Source: an uncultured Cytophagales bacterium (GTDB lineage: Bacteria > Bacteroidota > Bacteroidia > Cytophagales > Spirosomataceae). From it: DNA of 64,000 nt. Below, piece by piece: positions 21,185-29,594 of this stretch (its first letter is position 1; every line of letters starts with the position of its first letter). The position numbers and the translations under genes are program-made. The stretch is from the NCBI GenBank assembly GCA_963803495.1, contig CAWDMP010000001.1:18417-82416 (forward strand), read 5' to 3'. The notes under the pieces were generated by a model. The model was not told the origin of the DNA. It saw only the letters and a program-made list of their open reading frames with translations, and did not search any database.

Positions 21185-22455
21185 CCCAGCTTTCCTCCAA
21201 TCTCCTGCTCGTCAACGAGGGGCGGCCCAACACGACCGCCGTGCAGCTCGTGGCCCGCGATACCAGCTTCAGCCCGGCCGGGATGACCGCCTACGACCAT
21301 TTCCAGCACGTGCGCTGGGGCGCGGGCGACAACCAGCCGCAGGTGATGCGACGCCTGATTCAGAACAATACCTCCGTCAGGAGCCTGCTGGAATCGCTCC
21401 GCGACATGATTTATGGCTCAGGCGTCGGGTTCTTTAAGCGCGAGATCGTGGAGGGTAAGATCCAGCTGACGCCGTACACGGACGCCCGGCTGGAGGAGTG
21501 GTCGTTCGCGACCGACCTGCAAGGCTATGTGATCAGCGCCATTAATCAGCGCGTCGACAACGCCAACGTATTCACGCGCTGGCAGTACGATCCGATCGAC
21601 GATTGGTTTTACCTCTCGGTTTCCGATTCCTTCAAGACCCGGATCGGCAAGCCCGACAAGGAGCTGATGTACCACGTGAATCCTTTTTTCGGAGAAATGG
21701 CCTACCAATCGCTGGCCAAAACCGACGAGATCGCGCCCTTCAATCCTTTCAACCGCGACGAAAACGTGGCCCGCACGGTGGTGATGCAGCACCAAAAGGA
21801 GCAGATTCCCGGCCAACCCTTCTACGCTTTCCCCAGCTGGTGGTGCGCCCAGGAAGCCATCGAGTTGGCTAACCTCATTACGGCTTTTCACAAGAATGGC
21901 ATCCTGAACGGCTACAATATCAAGTACCTGATCAAGATGCCGCAGGATCACTTCGACCGCGACGGCAACCGCGCGGTCGACGGCAAGGAAGCCAAGGCGC
22001 GTTGGTCGAAGTTCGGCGATAATCTGAGCGGCTGGCTGGCCGGGCAAAAGAACGTCAACAAGACGATGCTCATCAAGTACCTGCGCGGCTCGGACGGAAA
22101 AATGATGGATAACGTCGACGTCGTGCCACTAAAAAACGAGATGTCTGACGACGCCTACGATAAGGTGTGGAACAACGCCAACCAGGCGATCGCCAACTCG
22201 GTGGGTATTCTGCCCACGCTGGCCGGGGTGAAAGCCGGGGCCGGGAACGATTCGGGCTCCCAAATCCGGGTGATGGCCGACTACCAGCAACATTTCCGTA
22301 CGCCCATCCACCGCCACATCGTGCTCATGTCGGTCAACTACGCCCTCAGGATGATGGGCTACCGCGACGTGATCGCGGGCTTCAAGGAAGTGCAGATCAC
22401 GACGCTCGACGTCGCGCCCACCGGCGCGCAGGCCGTCATCAACCATGGCCAATAA
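21178..22455 (+). CDS. Putative portal protein
   Basis: ATG 21178 in ORF 20803-22455 (425 aa). Size, YAFPSW motif and C-terminal P-loop-like SGSQIR region fit a portal; starts the structural block. Confidence 0.7.
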   Translation: MVTQLSSNLLLVNEGRPNTTAVQLVARDTSFSPAGMTAYDHFQHVRWGAGDNQPQVMRRLIQNNTSVRSLLESLRDMIYGSGVGFFKREIVEGKIQLTPYTDARLEEWSFATDLQGYVISAINQRVDNANVFTRWQYDPIDDWFYLSVSDSFKTRIGKPDKELMYHVNPFFGEMAYQSLAKTDEIAPFNPFNRDENVARTVVMQHQKEQIPGQPFYAFPSWWCAQEAIELANLITAFHKNGILNGYNIKYLIKMPQDHFDRDGNRAVDGKEAKARWSKFGDNLSGWLAGQKNVNKTMLIKYLRGSDGKMMDNVDVVPLKNEMSDDAYDKVWNNANQAIANSVGILPTLAGVKAGAGNDSGSQIRVMADYQQHFRTPIHRHIVLMSVNYALRMMGYRDVIAGFKEVQITTLDVAPTGAQAVINHGQ

Positions 22456-22468
22456 CGACCTATAGATA

Positions 22469-23431
22469 ATGATAGTAGACGGAGACAAATTAAAAGCCCA
22501 CCTCGGGGGCGTCCAGGCCAAGCTCAACTTCGACACCGTCGAGGGCTTCGTCAAGGTCACCGAGCGCGACTTTCGCCGGATCGTCGGGAAGGAAATGTAC
22601 CAATTTCTGGACGACTATTCCGGGGCCCACCCCGATGAGATCGAGCTGGTGAAAGCGGCCGAGGGCTGCGTGGCCTGGGCGGCTTACGACCTGGCCGTGC
22701 CGCACCTGAAACTGCGCGTGGGCGACATGGGCATCATGAAAAACAGCCCGGCCAATACCGTCGCCGTCACGAAGTGGGAGTACGTCGACCTGCGGGAAGC
22801 CAACCTGGCGATGGTGGATATCTACTGGGAGTTTTTCTGGGAGCTGCTGACCGATATCGGTCCGCAGGCCTGGCGCGAGTCGTCGGCCTACCGTAAGCAC
22901 AACCAGCAGTTTATTCGGTCCGCCGACGAGCTGTACAAGTACTTGCCACTGGCGGGCCGCAATCGGCGGTTCTTCGACCAGGTGTCGGAGTACATCCGCC
23001 GGGCGGAGCAGCTCTACATTGGCGACCTGCTGACGGAGCAAGTCTACGACGAGCTGAAAGATAGGTGGCAGGACGATGACGTCATCCTGACGCCAATGGA
23101 AGTGAAACTTATCGAGAAAATCCGGCAGGCGCTGGCCCCATTGGCCATCTACGAAGCCTACCCCTACCTGCCGATCAAGGTCGACGAGAACGGCCTGCGC
23201 GAAGTGCGGCGCTGGGACGGGACGACCAACGAAACCCTGGCGGCCATGCCGCTCCGGCAGGCCCAGCGCGAGCAACTCTGGAAAGATGGCCAACTCTACC
23301 TGGCCAGGCTCAGGCGCTTTCTCGACCTGAACAGCAGCGAAACGCTCTTCGCCAGCTACTACGCGCTCAACATCGACAACAATCCTTACGAGGACGAAGA
23401 CTTTACCGATTCTCCACACATAATTATCTAG
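22469..23431 (+). CDS. DUF6712-like Bacteroidota phage protein (probable head-tail connector)
   Basis: 320 aa with an internal two-fold repeat (AEGCVAWAAYDLAVP / IRQALAPLAIYEAYP); follows the portal. Confidence 0.6.
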   Translation: MIVDGDKLKAHLGGVQAKLNFDTVEGFVKVTERDFRRIVGKEMYQFLDDYSGAHPDEIELVKAAEGCVAWAAYDLAVPHLKLRVGDMGIMKNSPANTVAVTKWEYVDLREANLAMVDIYWEFFWELLTDIGPQAWRESSAYRKHNQQFIRSADELYKYLPLAGRNRRFFDQVSEYIRRAEQLYIGDLLTEQVYDELKDRWQDDDVILTPMEVKLIEKIRQALAPLAIYEAYPYLPIKVDENGLREVRRWDGTTNETLAAMPLRQAQREQLWKDGQLYLARLRRFLDLNSSETLFASYYALNIDNNPYEDEDFTDSPHIII

Positions 23432-23438
23432 ATCCATT

Positions 23439-25952
23439 ATGAAAAAAATGTTCCTGGGGCTTCTGCTCCTGCTCGGCCAATTGGCCAGCGCCCAGAACGT
23501 CGTCATTTTTCCGAAGGGCGACATTGCCACGGAGCAGTTCGTGCGCTCCTACGTGGATTCGATTCTGCGCTCCAAGCCGGTATCGCTGCCGCCCACCAAT
23601 GTAAAGGATGCCTGTGAGCGCGGACCTTACATCGAGACCATCGCCAATATCACTTCCGATAGCCTTTTTGCGCTGTTCGACGGGAAAGACGTTTTTGGGG
23701 TCGACTACCAAATTTTTCACGAGGGTAAGACGATCTACTCTTCTTCAATTCTGCCGCGCTCCAATGTTCTGAAAATCACTTACCCTACTTTGGCGGGTGG
23801 CGAATACACACTTCGCCTGGCGGGTAATACCTGCGTTGGCTCATCCACGCGGCCTTTCACGGTACCGTCGCGCGTAACTGTGCCCACCACGCCGGTCGCA
23901 ACGGCACTGCCGCCTTGCGAAGAAGGCCCCGAGGTGCGGCTGGTCTACGATGTTACCAAGAGCAACCTCACCTTCCGCTTTCATGCCGCCTCCGTGGAGG
24001 GTATGGACTGGAAGATTAACAGCGACCAGGGAACGGTCAGGTCGGGCAGTGTCCGCCCCAGTGAGAATATTATCTCGATTGCTTACGACCCGCTCAGCGC
24101 GGGCGACTACATACTTACGTTGTCGGGCAACACCTGCCGAGGCAAATCAAAGCCGTTTCGATTCACTGTACCCAAGTCGCTCGTCGAACGTCTTCCCGGA
24201 AAGATCGACCCAGACGACATCATCAAAGTACCGGGCGTGATCGATGCGCCTACGCCCAACGCCCGTCCTGGATTCGAATCGCCAGATTGGCATTTCGTCG
24301 CGCGGACTGACACCCAGTACCTCGACATAGAAATCAAGGGCTCGCCTGGGAAATGGCTGATCTACGACATCGCCCCCACAAAAGCGCCCGCAGGGCACGA
24401 AGAGCGCTATTTCGTTAATGGCGTGATGGTGAAAGGTCGGCTGAACGGCTACAAGTACGAGAGCAATGGTGTGCTGGACGTAGTGAAACATTTCGTCAAA
24501 ATTTCGCTTCCCAGCCTAGGCTACTGGCAGAACGACAATATCCGAGACGGTGGCTGGACATTCAGCCCCCGATCTGATGTCGGCTGCCAGGCAATTATCT
24601 TCTTTTCTTCGGACGACAACAAGCCAGGGTTACAATGGCTCGACCCAACCCCGAGCTGGTACCGAGGTACGCACGTGGTTAGCTGGCCAACCGCCGCCCC
24701 GGCAATGAGCCTGCCCGACCAAAAGTACATGATGTTCGATTTTCGTGCTTCTGGCGTAAGCGATGCTCAACGCATGGCGCGTGGCGAGACGTTCACCCCT
24801 TCCAATCCCGATAACGAACTGCGAAATTTCTACTGCCTGAATACAGACGATGCCAATATCGAGGACATCAATGGCAGCCGGGAAGATTTCCGACGCTACG
24901 CAGATCGCATTCCGCTTATGGCTACCCTGTCTTTTCAATTCGGCGAGTCGGCGCGTGGCGTACCTGATGTGTCGGACCGGCAACGCTGGTTCGTCGAGCG
25001 GCTCTACGAGCGCTACAAAGAGGCTGGACGAAAAAAATTCTTACTGTCGGCTGGCTATGGTGGCTATGACTACGAGGCGAGTGGCCAGTGGCCCAGCCCC
25101 TACAACAACGTAAGCCTGGCGGATGCACGACTACGCTATTCTGGCAATGTGGAAGATATTTTTTCAAGGGATAAATACCTGAGTTTTTTTCGCGGGAAAA
25201 TGAACACGATACTCCTAAAAAACTACGAAACGGATGGCTTGAACCCCTTTTCCAATCTACTCCGAGTTGCGAAATACGAATCGGTTCGCGCGGCTGGTTT
25301 CCTCGGGATCGAGTTCGGCTGGCACCTTAGCGAGCATGTTGGCGTGATCGGGTTCGTGCGCGGCTTCGGATGGCAGCATGAGTTGCCGGCTGGCGGCACG
25401 GCGATCGTCCAAGGCATGAGCGCTACCAATTTCGACGACGCCCTGGCCAATGGCTTCGCGTCGTTATGGTGGGGCGACGGATTTCGCGTGTGGGATGGGC
25501 AAGCCGAGCGTGGCTATGACCCCGCGACGGTATGGCGGGAGGGAGATTATTACGGTGCACGCACAGTAACGCTGTCGGGCAACGCCCAACTCACCGGTTC
25601 TGGCAGCGATCGCTACCCTGTGGAACCTGATATCGCTCTGGACGGAAAATACATCTCGGCCACACTCTACGCCAAGTGCGCCGCTACTGAGGGCGCGCCG
25701 ATTCGCTACAACGCGTTCACCGTTGCCGGGACTTCGTACATCGCCGAGCCTGATGGAGCGGATGCGCTGGTGGCCAACTCCCAAAAGCGGGGCATTTGCT
25801 CTATCCGCATAAAGGGGAAGGCTGCCACGCTGGTTTACTGGAATCCTTACGCCGGAAACGTCTGGACAAAATTCGAGACAATGATCGAAGGGAAGGTCTT
25901 TGGCGGGTGGGTTTTCGGCCGGAGAATCTATGTGGCGAACGTAACGATATAG
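23439..25952 (+). CDS. Large Sec-exported protein, 837 aa: two Cys-containing Ig-like repeats plus a putative TIM-barrel-like domain
   Basis: Signal peptide MKKMFLGLLLLLGQLASA-Q; repeats C..GP....GNTC twice; visible similarity to host protein 59301-61463. Confidence 0.8.
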   Translation: MKKMFLGLLLLLGQLASAQNVVIFPKGDIATEQFVRSYVDSILRSKPVSLPPTNVKDACERGPYIETIANITSDSLFALFDGKDVFGVDYQIFHEGKTIYSSSILPRSNVLKITYPTLAGGEYTLRLAGNTCVGSSTRPFTVPSRVTVPTTPVATALPPCEEGPEVRLVYDVTKSNLTFRFHAASVEGMDWKINSDQGTVRSGSVRPSENIISIAYDPLSAGDYILTLSGNTCRGKSKPFRFTVPKSLVERLPGKIDPDDIIKVPGVIDAPTPNARPGFESPDWHFVARTDTQYLDIEIKGSPGKWLIYDIAPTKAPAGHEERYFVNGVMVKGRLNGYKYESNGVLDVVKHFVKISLPSLGYWQNDNIRDGGWTFSPRSDVGCQAIIFFSSDDNKPGLQWLDPTPSWYRGTHVVSWPTAAPAMSLPDQKYMMFDFRASGVSDAQRMARGETFTPSNPDNELRNFYCLNTDDANIEDINGSREDFRRYADRIPLMATLSFQFGESARGVPDVSDRQRWFVERLYERYKEAGRKKFLLSAGYGGYDYEASGQWPSPYNNVSLADARLRYSGNVEDIFSRDKYLSFFRGKMNTILLKNYETDGLNPFSNLLRVAKYESVRAAGFLGIEFGWHLSEHVGVIGFVRGFGWQHELPAGGTAIVQGMSATNFDDALANGFASLWWGDGFRVWDGQAERGYDPATVWREGDYYGARTVTLSGNAQLTGSGSDRYPVEPDIALDGKYISATLYAKCAATEGAPIRYNAFTVAGTSYIAEPDGADALVANSQKRGICSIRIKGKAATLVYWNPYAGNVWTKFETMIEGKVFGGWVFGRRIYVANVTI

Positions 25953-25956
25953 CCCA

Positions 25957-26349
25957 ATGTGGATAGCTCAAAAATTCCAAACCATCGCTCTGGTCGTGCT
26001 GACGGTCCTGACGCTGGGCTTCCTGGTGATGGTGTATCGGTGCAGCACGTACAAAAGCCCTCCACTGGAACCCAAGCAAGTCTCCGATTCAGCCAAATTA
26101 TTAATCGAAGTGTATGAAACATCGCAGGTTAAATTCGACACCAACGCCCGGCGCGTGTATCGCGGTGATCCTGGGATTGATGCTATCCGCGACAGCCTTA
26201 GCGCAACAGTTGCCCGCGCCGTCGCGGACAGCCTACGAGTCCGCGCTGCTCGACAGTACCTACCTGTACCTCCAGCTCAAACCGCTGTACCGCCAGCTCC
26301 AAAAAGTCCACGAAGTAGAGCACAAGGAAAATCTACAACTCAGGACTGA
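25957..26349 (+). CDS. Membrane-anchored protein, i-spanin-like
   Basis: Single N-terminal TM helix with a periplasmic tail; first gene of the lysis cassette. Confidence 0.5.
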   Translation: MWIAQKFQTIALVVLTVLTLGFLVMVYRCSTYKSPPLEPKQVSDSAKLLIEVYETSQVKFDTNARRVYRGDPGIDAIRDSLSATVARAVADSLRVRAARQYLPVPPAQTAVPPAPKSPRSRAQGKSTTQD

Positions 26350-26509
26350 AAACGCAATGCTCGTACAGCAGAAAGCCATCGACAAGCAAACGATGGACGA
26401 GACTGTAGCCCGGTGCGAGCGGAAATTGAAGTGGGCGAAAGTCTGGGGGAATGTGAAAACAGTCGGGGCCGTCGTCGGGACGGTCTTCGTCGCAACAAAA
26501 GTGAAATGA
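26114..26509 (+). CDS. Overlapping (+1 frame) exported coiled-coil protein, spanin-partner-like
   Basis: Hydrophobic leader ..SATALA-QQ, coiled coil and C-terminal hydrophobic segment; ATGA overlap with the next gene. Confidence 0.5.
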   Translation: MKHRRLNSTPTPGACIAVILGLMLSATALAQQLPAPSRTAYESALLDSTYLYLQLKPLYRQLQKVHEVEHKENLQLRTENAMLVQQKAIDKQTMDETVARCERKLKWAKVWGNVKTVGAVVGTVFVATKVK

Positions 26510-26979
26510 CTATCTCTTTCAAATTGACACTGGTGCTTTTGAACGCACTGCTGGGCGGGACGCTTCTCACCCAGGCTTATGTGCTGGGCATATTTCCAGA
26601 TAAGTACTTCACTCTGGCTGCGGTCGGGTACGGCATTACGTCCAACATTGTCATCCTGGCCTACCAGATTTCCGTGACGTACCGCCGCATCGGGGAAGGG
26701 GATCTTACGGTAAAGCCACTCAATAAGTACTCCTGGATCGCGATGGCAAGCCAAACCCTCGCCGGAGCCGGGCTAAGTTTCCTGCTTAGCGGCGTGTACC
26801 GCGCCATGACTTTGGGCGATGGTTTTATGGGCTACAAGTATAGCGAGGGTTGGGAAATTTTTCTTGGCGTCGCCATTGGGCTGGGTACGATGTATTGGCT
26901 CAGCCCGGACGTCCGAAAACTCATCCAAGAGAGCATGCTGGCTAAACTGATCAAAAAATTCTTTGGTAAAAATGAATAA
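26506..26979 (+). CDS. Multi-pass membrane protein, holin candidate
   Basis: About four hydrophobic helices and a basic C-terminus; upstream of the endolysin candidate. Confidence 0.55.
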   Translation: MTISFKLTLVLLNALLGGTLLTQAYVLGIFPDKYFTLAAVGYGITSNIVILAYQISVTYRRIGEGDLTVKPLNKYSWIAMASQTLAGAGLSFLLSGVYRAMTLGDGFMGYKYSEGWEIFLGVAIGLGTMYWLSPDVRKLIQESMLAKLIKKFFGKNE

Positions 26980-27694
26980 GCTCACCCACATCCTGGAACT
27001 GCTTTTTGGCATTTGGAAGGTAATCGAGCCCTACGCTCTGGGCACCATGCCCTACGTTGGCCTTATTATCGCCATCGTGTACGGTAAGACAGTGCACGAT
27101 TATATTCAGACTATTCCCGGCGCGGCCCGCAAACGACATTGGCTCCGAAGGGTGGGTTTCAATTTGGGCTTTATGGTGATTGTGATATTCCGCGTTCACG
27201 ATCCCTTCAACCTCCAACTGTCGATGGGAGGAGCATTTTTTATGCTGATCGTGCTGAAATCCATCGAGATGAGGGCCGACACCAGGTACTACAAAAAGAA
27301 CTACATCGCCACGTTCTTTTTCGAATCAACGGGCAAGACGATGGATGAAGCCAAGCCTTTCGACATCGTGGCGTTTTTGATTTTGATGCGCCAACTAAAA
27401 ACGATGGTTGTGGGCAACCTGAAAGTCGAGCTGCTCGACGATCGGCCGGGCGTGGTGGCCAGGCTTAAATTCACTTTTCTGGAAGACGACGATTTTCCCT
27501 ACCAATGGCACCAGTTCGTGGAAATGACGCAGGCGATATCGGGTATCGTCCGGGTGAATGGGAAGCTGGTCGAATGGGGAGCCTGGGTGCGGATCGAGGA
27601 GAATCAGGTTCACAACGTGAGTGGCACCAAGGGCTCCGAGGCGCTCAGCGAGTTTTACGAAATCGAGCTTTTACCTTCAACTTCAATCTGTTAA
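26963..27694 (+). CDS. Membrane protein (holin/antiholin-like N-terminus, soluble C-terminal domain)
   Basis: Three TM segments in the first ~100 aa; lies in the lysis cassette. Confidence 0.5.
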   Translation: MVKMNKLTHILELLFGIWKVIEPYALGTMPYVGLIIAIVYGKTVHDYIQTIPGAARKRHWLRRVGFNLGFMVIVIFRVHDPFNLQLSMGGAFFMLIVLKSIEMRADTRYYKKNYIATFFFESTGKTMDEAKPFDIVAFLILMRQLKTMVVGNLKVELLDDRPGVVARLKFTFLEDDDFPYQWHQFVEMTQAISGIVRVNGKLVEWGAWVRIEENQVHNVSGTKGSEALSEFYEIELLPSTSIC

Positions 27695-28174
27695 ATGGAG
27701 ATCCTGCAAAAAAGAGTAAAACGCGGTAAGAACAGTACGCTGAGCATCTTGTACGTGGATGGCGTCAAGCGGGGTTACGTGGTGGAAGACAAAGATCGGG
27801 ACTTGCACTCGACGATGACCTTGGCCCAAATCAAGGCGATCAAAGTGCATTCCCAAACGGCAATCCCAACGGGGCGGTACCAAATCGTGCTGCACTTCTC
27901 GGATGGCATGAAACGATGGGTGGCGATGTTCCTGGGCGTTCTGGGCTTTTCCTACATCTATATGCACATCGGAAACTGGATCAAAGATACCAAGGGTTGC
28001 GTGTTGCCCGGCCTATCGTGGGGCTTCGAGAATGGTGAGTACTGCGTCCGTAATAGCTCAAAGCTTTTTGAACCGCTGCTCGGTGAGATTCGGGTAGCAA
28101 TCAAGAGCGGCGAAGAAGTGTGGTATACGATTGAGCAGGCGTACGAGGATGGGGCGGGGCGATTGTTGGTTTAA
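27695..28174 (+). CDS. DUF5675-family protein, putative endolysin
   Basis: TAIPTGRYQI and IYMHIGN..KDTKGCVLPG motifs (His/Cys), typical of this Bacteroidota phage family. Confidence 0.8.
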   Translation: MEILQKRVKRGKNSTLSILYVDGVKRGYVVEDKDRDLHSTMTLAQIKAIKVHSQTAIPTGRYQIVLHFSDGMKRWVAMFLGVLGFSYIYMHIGNWIKDTKGCVLPGLSWGFENGEYCVRNSSKLFEPLLGEIRVAIKSGEEVWYTIEQAYEDGAGRLLV

Positions 28175-28189
28175 ATTTAGCTTATCAAT

Positions 28190-29071
28190 ATGAAACTAAT
28201 CACCATCAACGGCCAGGAATTCAGCCTGCCGGAGGCCTGGACGGAGGTCGATGCGAAGTTGCTGCCGCAGCTGCTGCGGTTGATCTACGTGCTTCCCGCC
28301 AACGGCAGCACCTACCACGAGCTGCTGCGGCTTTTGCTGGGCTATTCGCCCAAGGGCTGGACCAAGCTCATGAATCACTTCTTCAGTCCGAAGCGGACCG
28401 AAGCCCAGCGCGACGCCAGCGCCCATGCTCTGGCCGAGCTGCTGCGGCTGGTGGATTGGATGTGGACCGGGGAGCTGACGCGTCGGCCGATGTTGTATTT
28501 GCGGGTCGGGCTCGATGATCAGTCGTGGCAATTGTTCGACGAGGGCTTCAAGTCGATGAGTTTCGGCGAGCTGACGGATGCCTACATTCACGCCCAGGCG
28601 TTCATCAAGCAACTGGTACCCGGCGACGAGCGGCTCGACCTGTTGGTGGCCACGATCTGTCGGCCGGTGCGCCCGATCCGGGAAGCGCAAGATTCCCAAT
28701 GGGATGGCGACTACCGGGAGCCTTACAACGAGCACCGCGCGGCGATTCGGGCCAAGGAGCTGCGCGACCGCTACGCCGAAGAGAAAGTCATTATTCTGAT
28801 GTATTACCTCGGGACGCTGAAGGAATTCTTGGGTAGTTTCGATATCTACGACGATGGGGCCGTTGGCCCTACGCCTGAGGAGGACTATCCCGGCCAGAAT
28901 ATGTTGAAAAACCAGCACCTGCTGTCGGAAAAGCACATTTTCGGCGGCATGAAAGAAACCAAGGCGGCCAACGCCCACGAAGTGTTCCAGTTTCTGGAAG
29001 AGCACAGCAAGGACATGCGGGCCGAAGCTGAACGCAACCGTGCGGCCAACGCCGCCCAAAACCAAAACTGA
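28190..29071 (+). CDS. Phage hypothetical protein (tail assembly chaperone-like)
   Basis: MKLITING..LPEAWTEV N-terminus resembles tail chaperones; tail-operon context. Confidence 0.45.
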   Translation: MKLITINGQEFSLPEAWTEVDAKLLPQLLRLIYVLPANGSTYHELLRLLLGYSPKGWTKLMNHFFSPKRTEAQRDASAHALAELLRLVDWMWTGELTRRPMLYLRVGLDDQSWQLFDEGFKSMSFGELTDAYIHAQAFIKQLVPGDERLDLLVATICRPVRPIREAQDSQWDGDYREPYNEHRAAIRAKELRDRYAEEKVIILMYYLGTLKEFLGSFDIYDDGAVGPTPEEDYPGQNMLKNQHLLSEKHIFGGMKETKAANAHEVFQFLEEHSKDMRAEAERNRAANAAQNQN

Positions 29072-29556
29072 TGTCGAAGAAGTCAAGCCCCACCAAAACC
29101 CTGTTCTGGCCCTATTTTTTGGCCATTTTGAACGAGCACAAGGCCAGCCACGGCGTGGTGTACACGCAGCTGAGCGATGCCAACGGTATGGACCGGATGA
29201 TCGAGGACAGTGCCTCAGAGGACGTCTATCCGGGCATATTTGTGATGCGGCCCAAGTGGAGCGGCCGCAACCAGGCCGACGCCCTGCTCACGACACTGTT
29301 CGACGTGACGTACTTCGTTTTCTGCGCGGCCGATTCCATCGACCGCGCCGATCAGGACGCGGCCTACGACCGGGCGGAAGAAATCGTGGCCAGCATCACG
29401 GCCCGGCTGCAAGCCGACCGGCGCACGTACCGCAACTACCTGGAATTTGACAGCATTCGGGCCGAGCCGGTCCTTTACCACAGTGGCGTCGACTCGGCGA
29501 TGGCTTACGAAGTCAGATTCAAGATAGCCCTGGCGGCCGGAGAAATATTCGGATAA
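29071..29556 (+). CDS. Putative tail terminator / completion protein
   Basis: 161-aa acidic protein, DRADQDAAYDRAEEIVASITARL pattern, tail context. Confidence 0.5.
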   Translation: MSKKSSPTKTLFWPYFLAILNEHKASHGVVYTQLSDANGMDRMIEDSASEDVYPGIFVMRPKWSGRNQADALLTTLFDVTYFVFCAADSIDRADQDAAYDRAEEIVASITARLQADRRTYRNYLEFDSIRAEPVLYHSGVDSAMAYEVRFKIALAAGEIFG

Positions 29557-29566
29557 CATCGCCATC

Positions 29567-29590
29567 TCATCATTCATCATTCATCATTCA
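29567..29590 (+). repeat. TCATCAT x3 heptamer array inside the prophage
   Basis: Direct reading of the sequence. Confidence 0.8.
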
Positions 29591-29594
29591 AAAA

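Noticed and set aside
29469-29476. Additional GGTCCTTT motif
   Set aside because: Inside a CDS, not after a terminator, and the CTT element is at 34 rather than 29-30 nt; a similar chance hit occurs in host DNA at ~7868.
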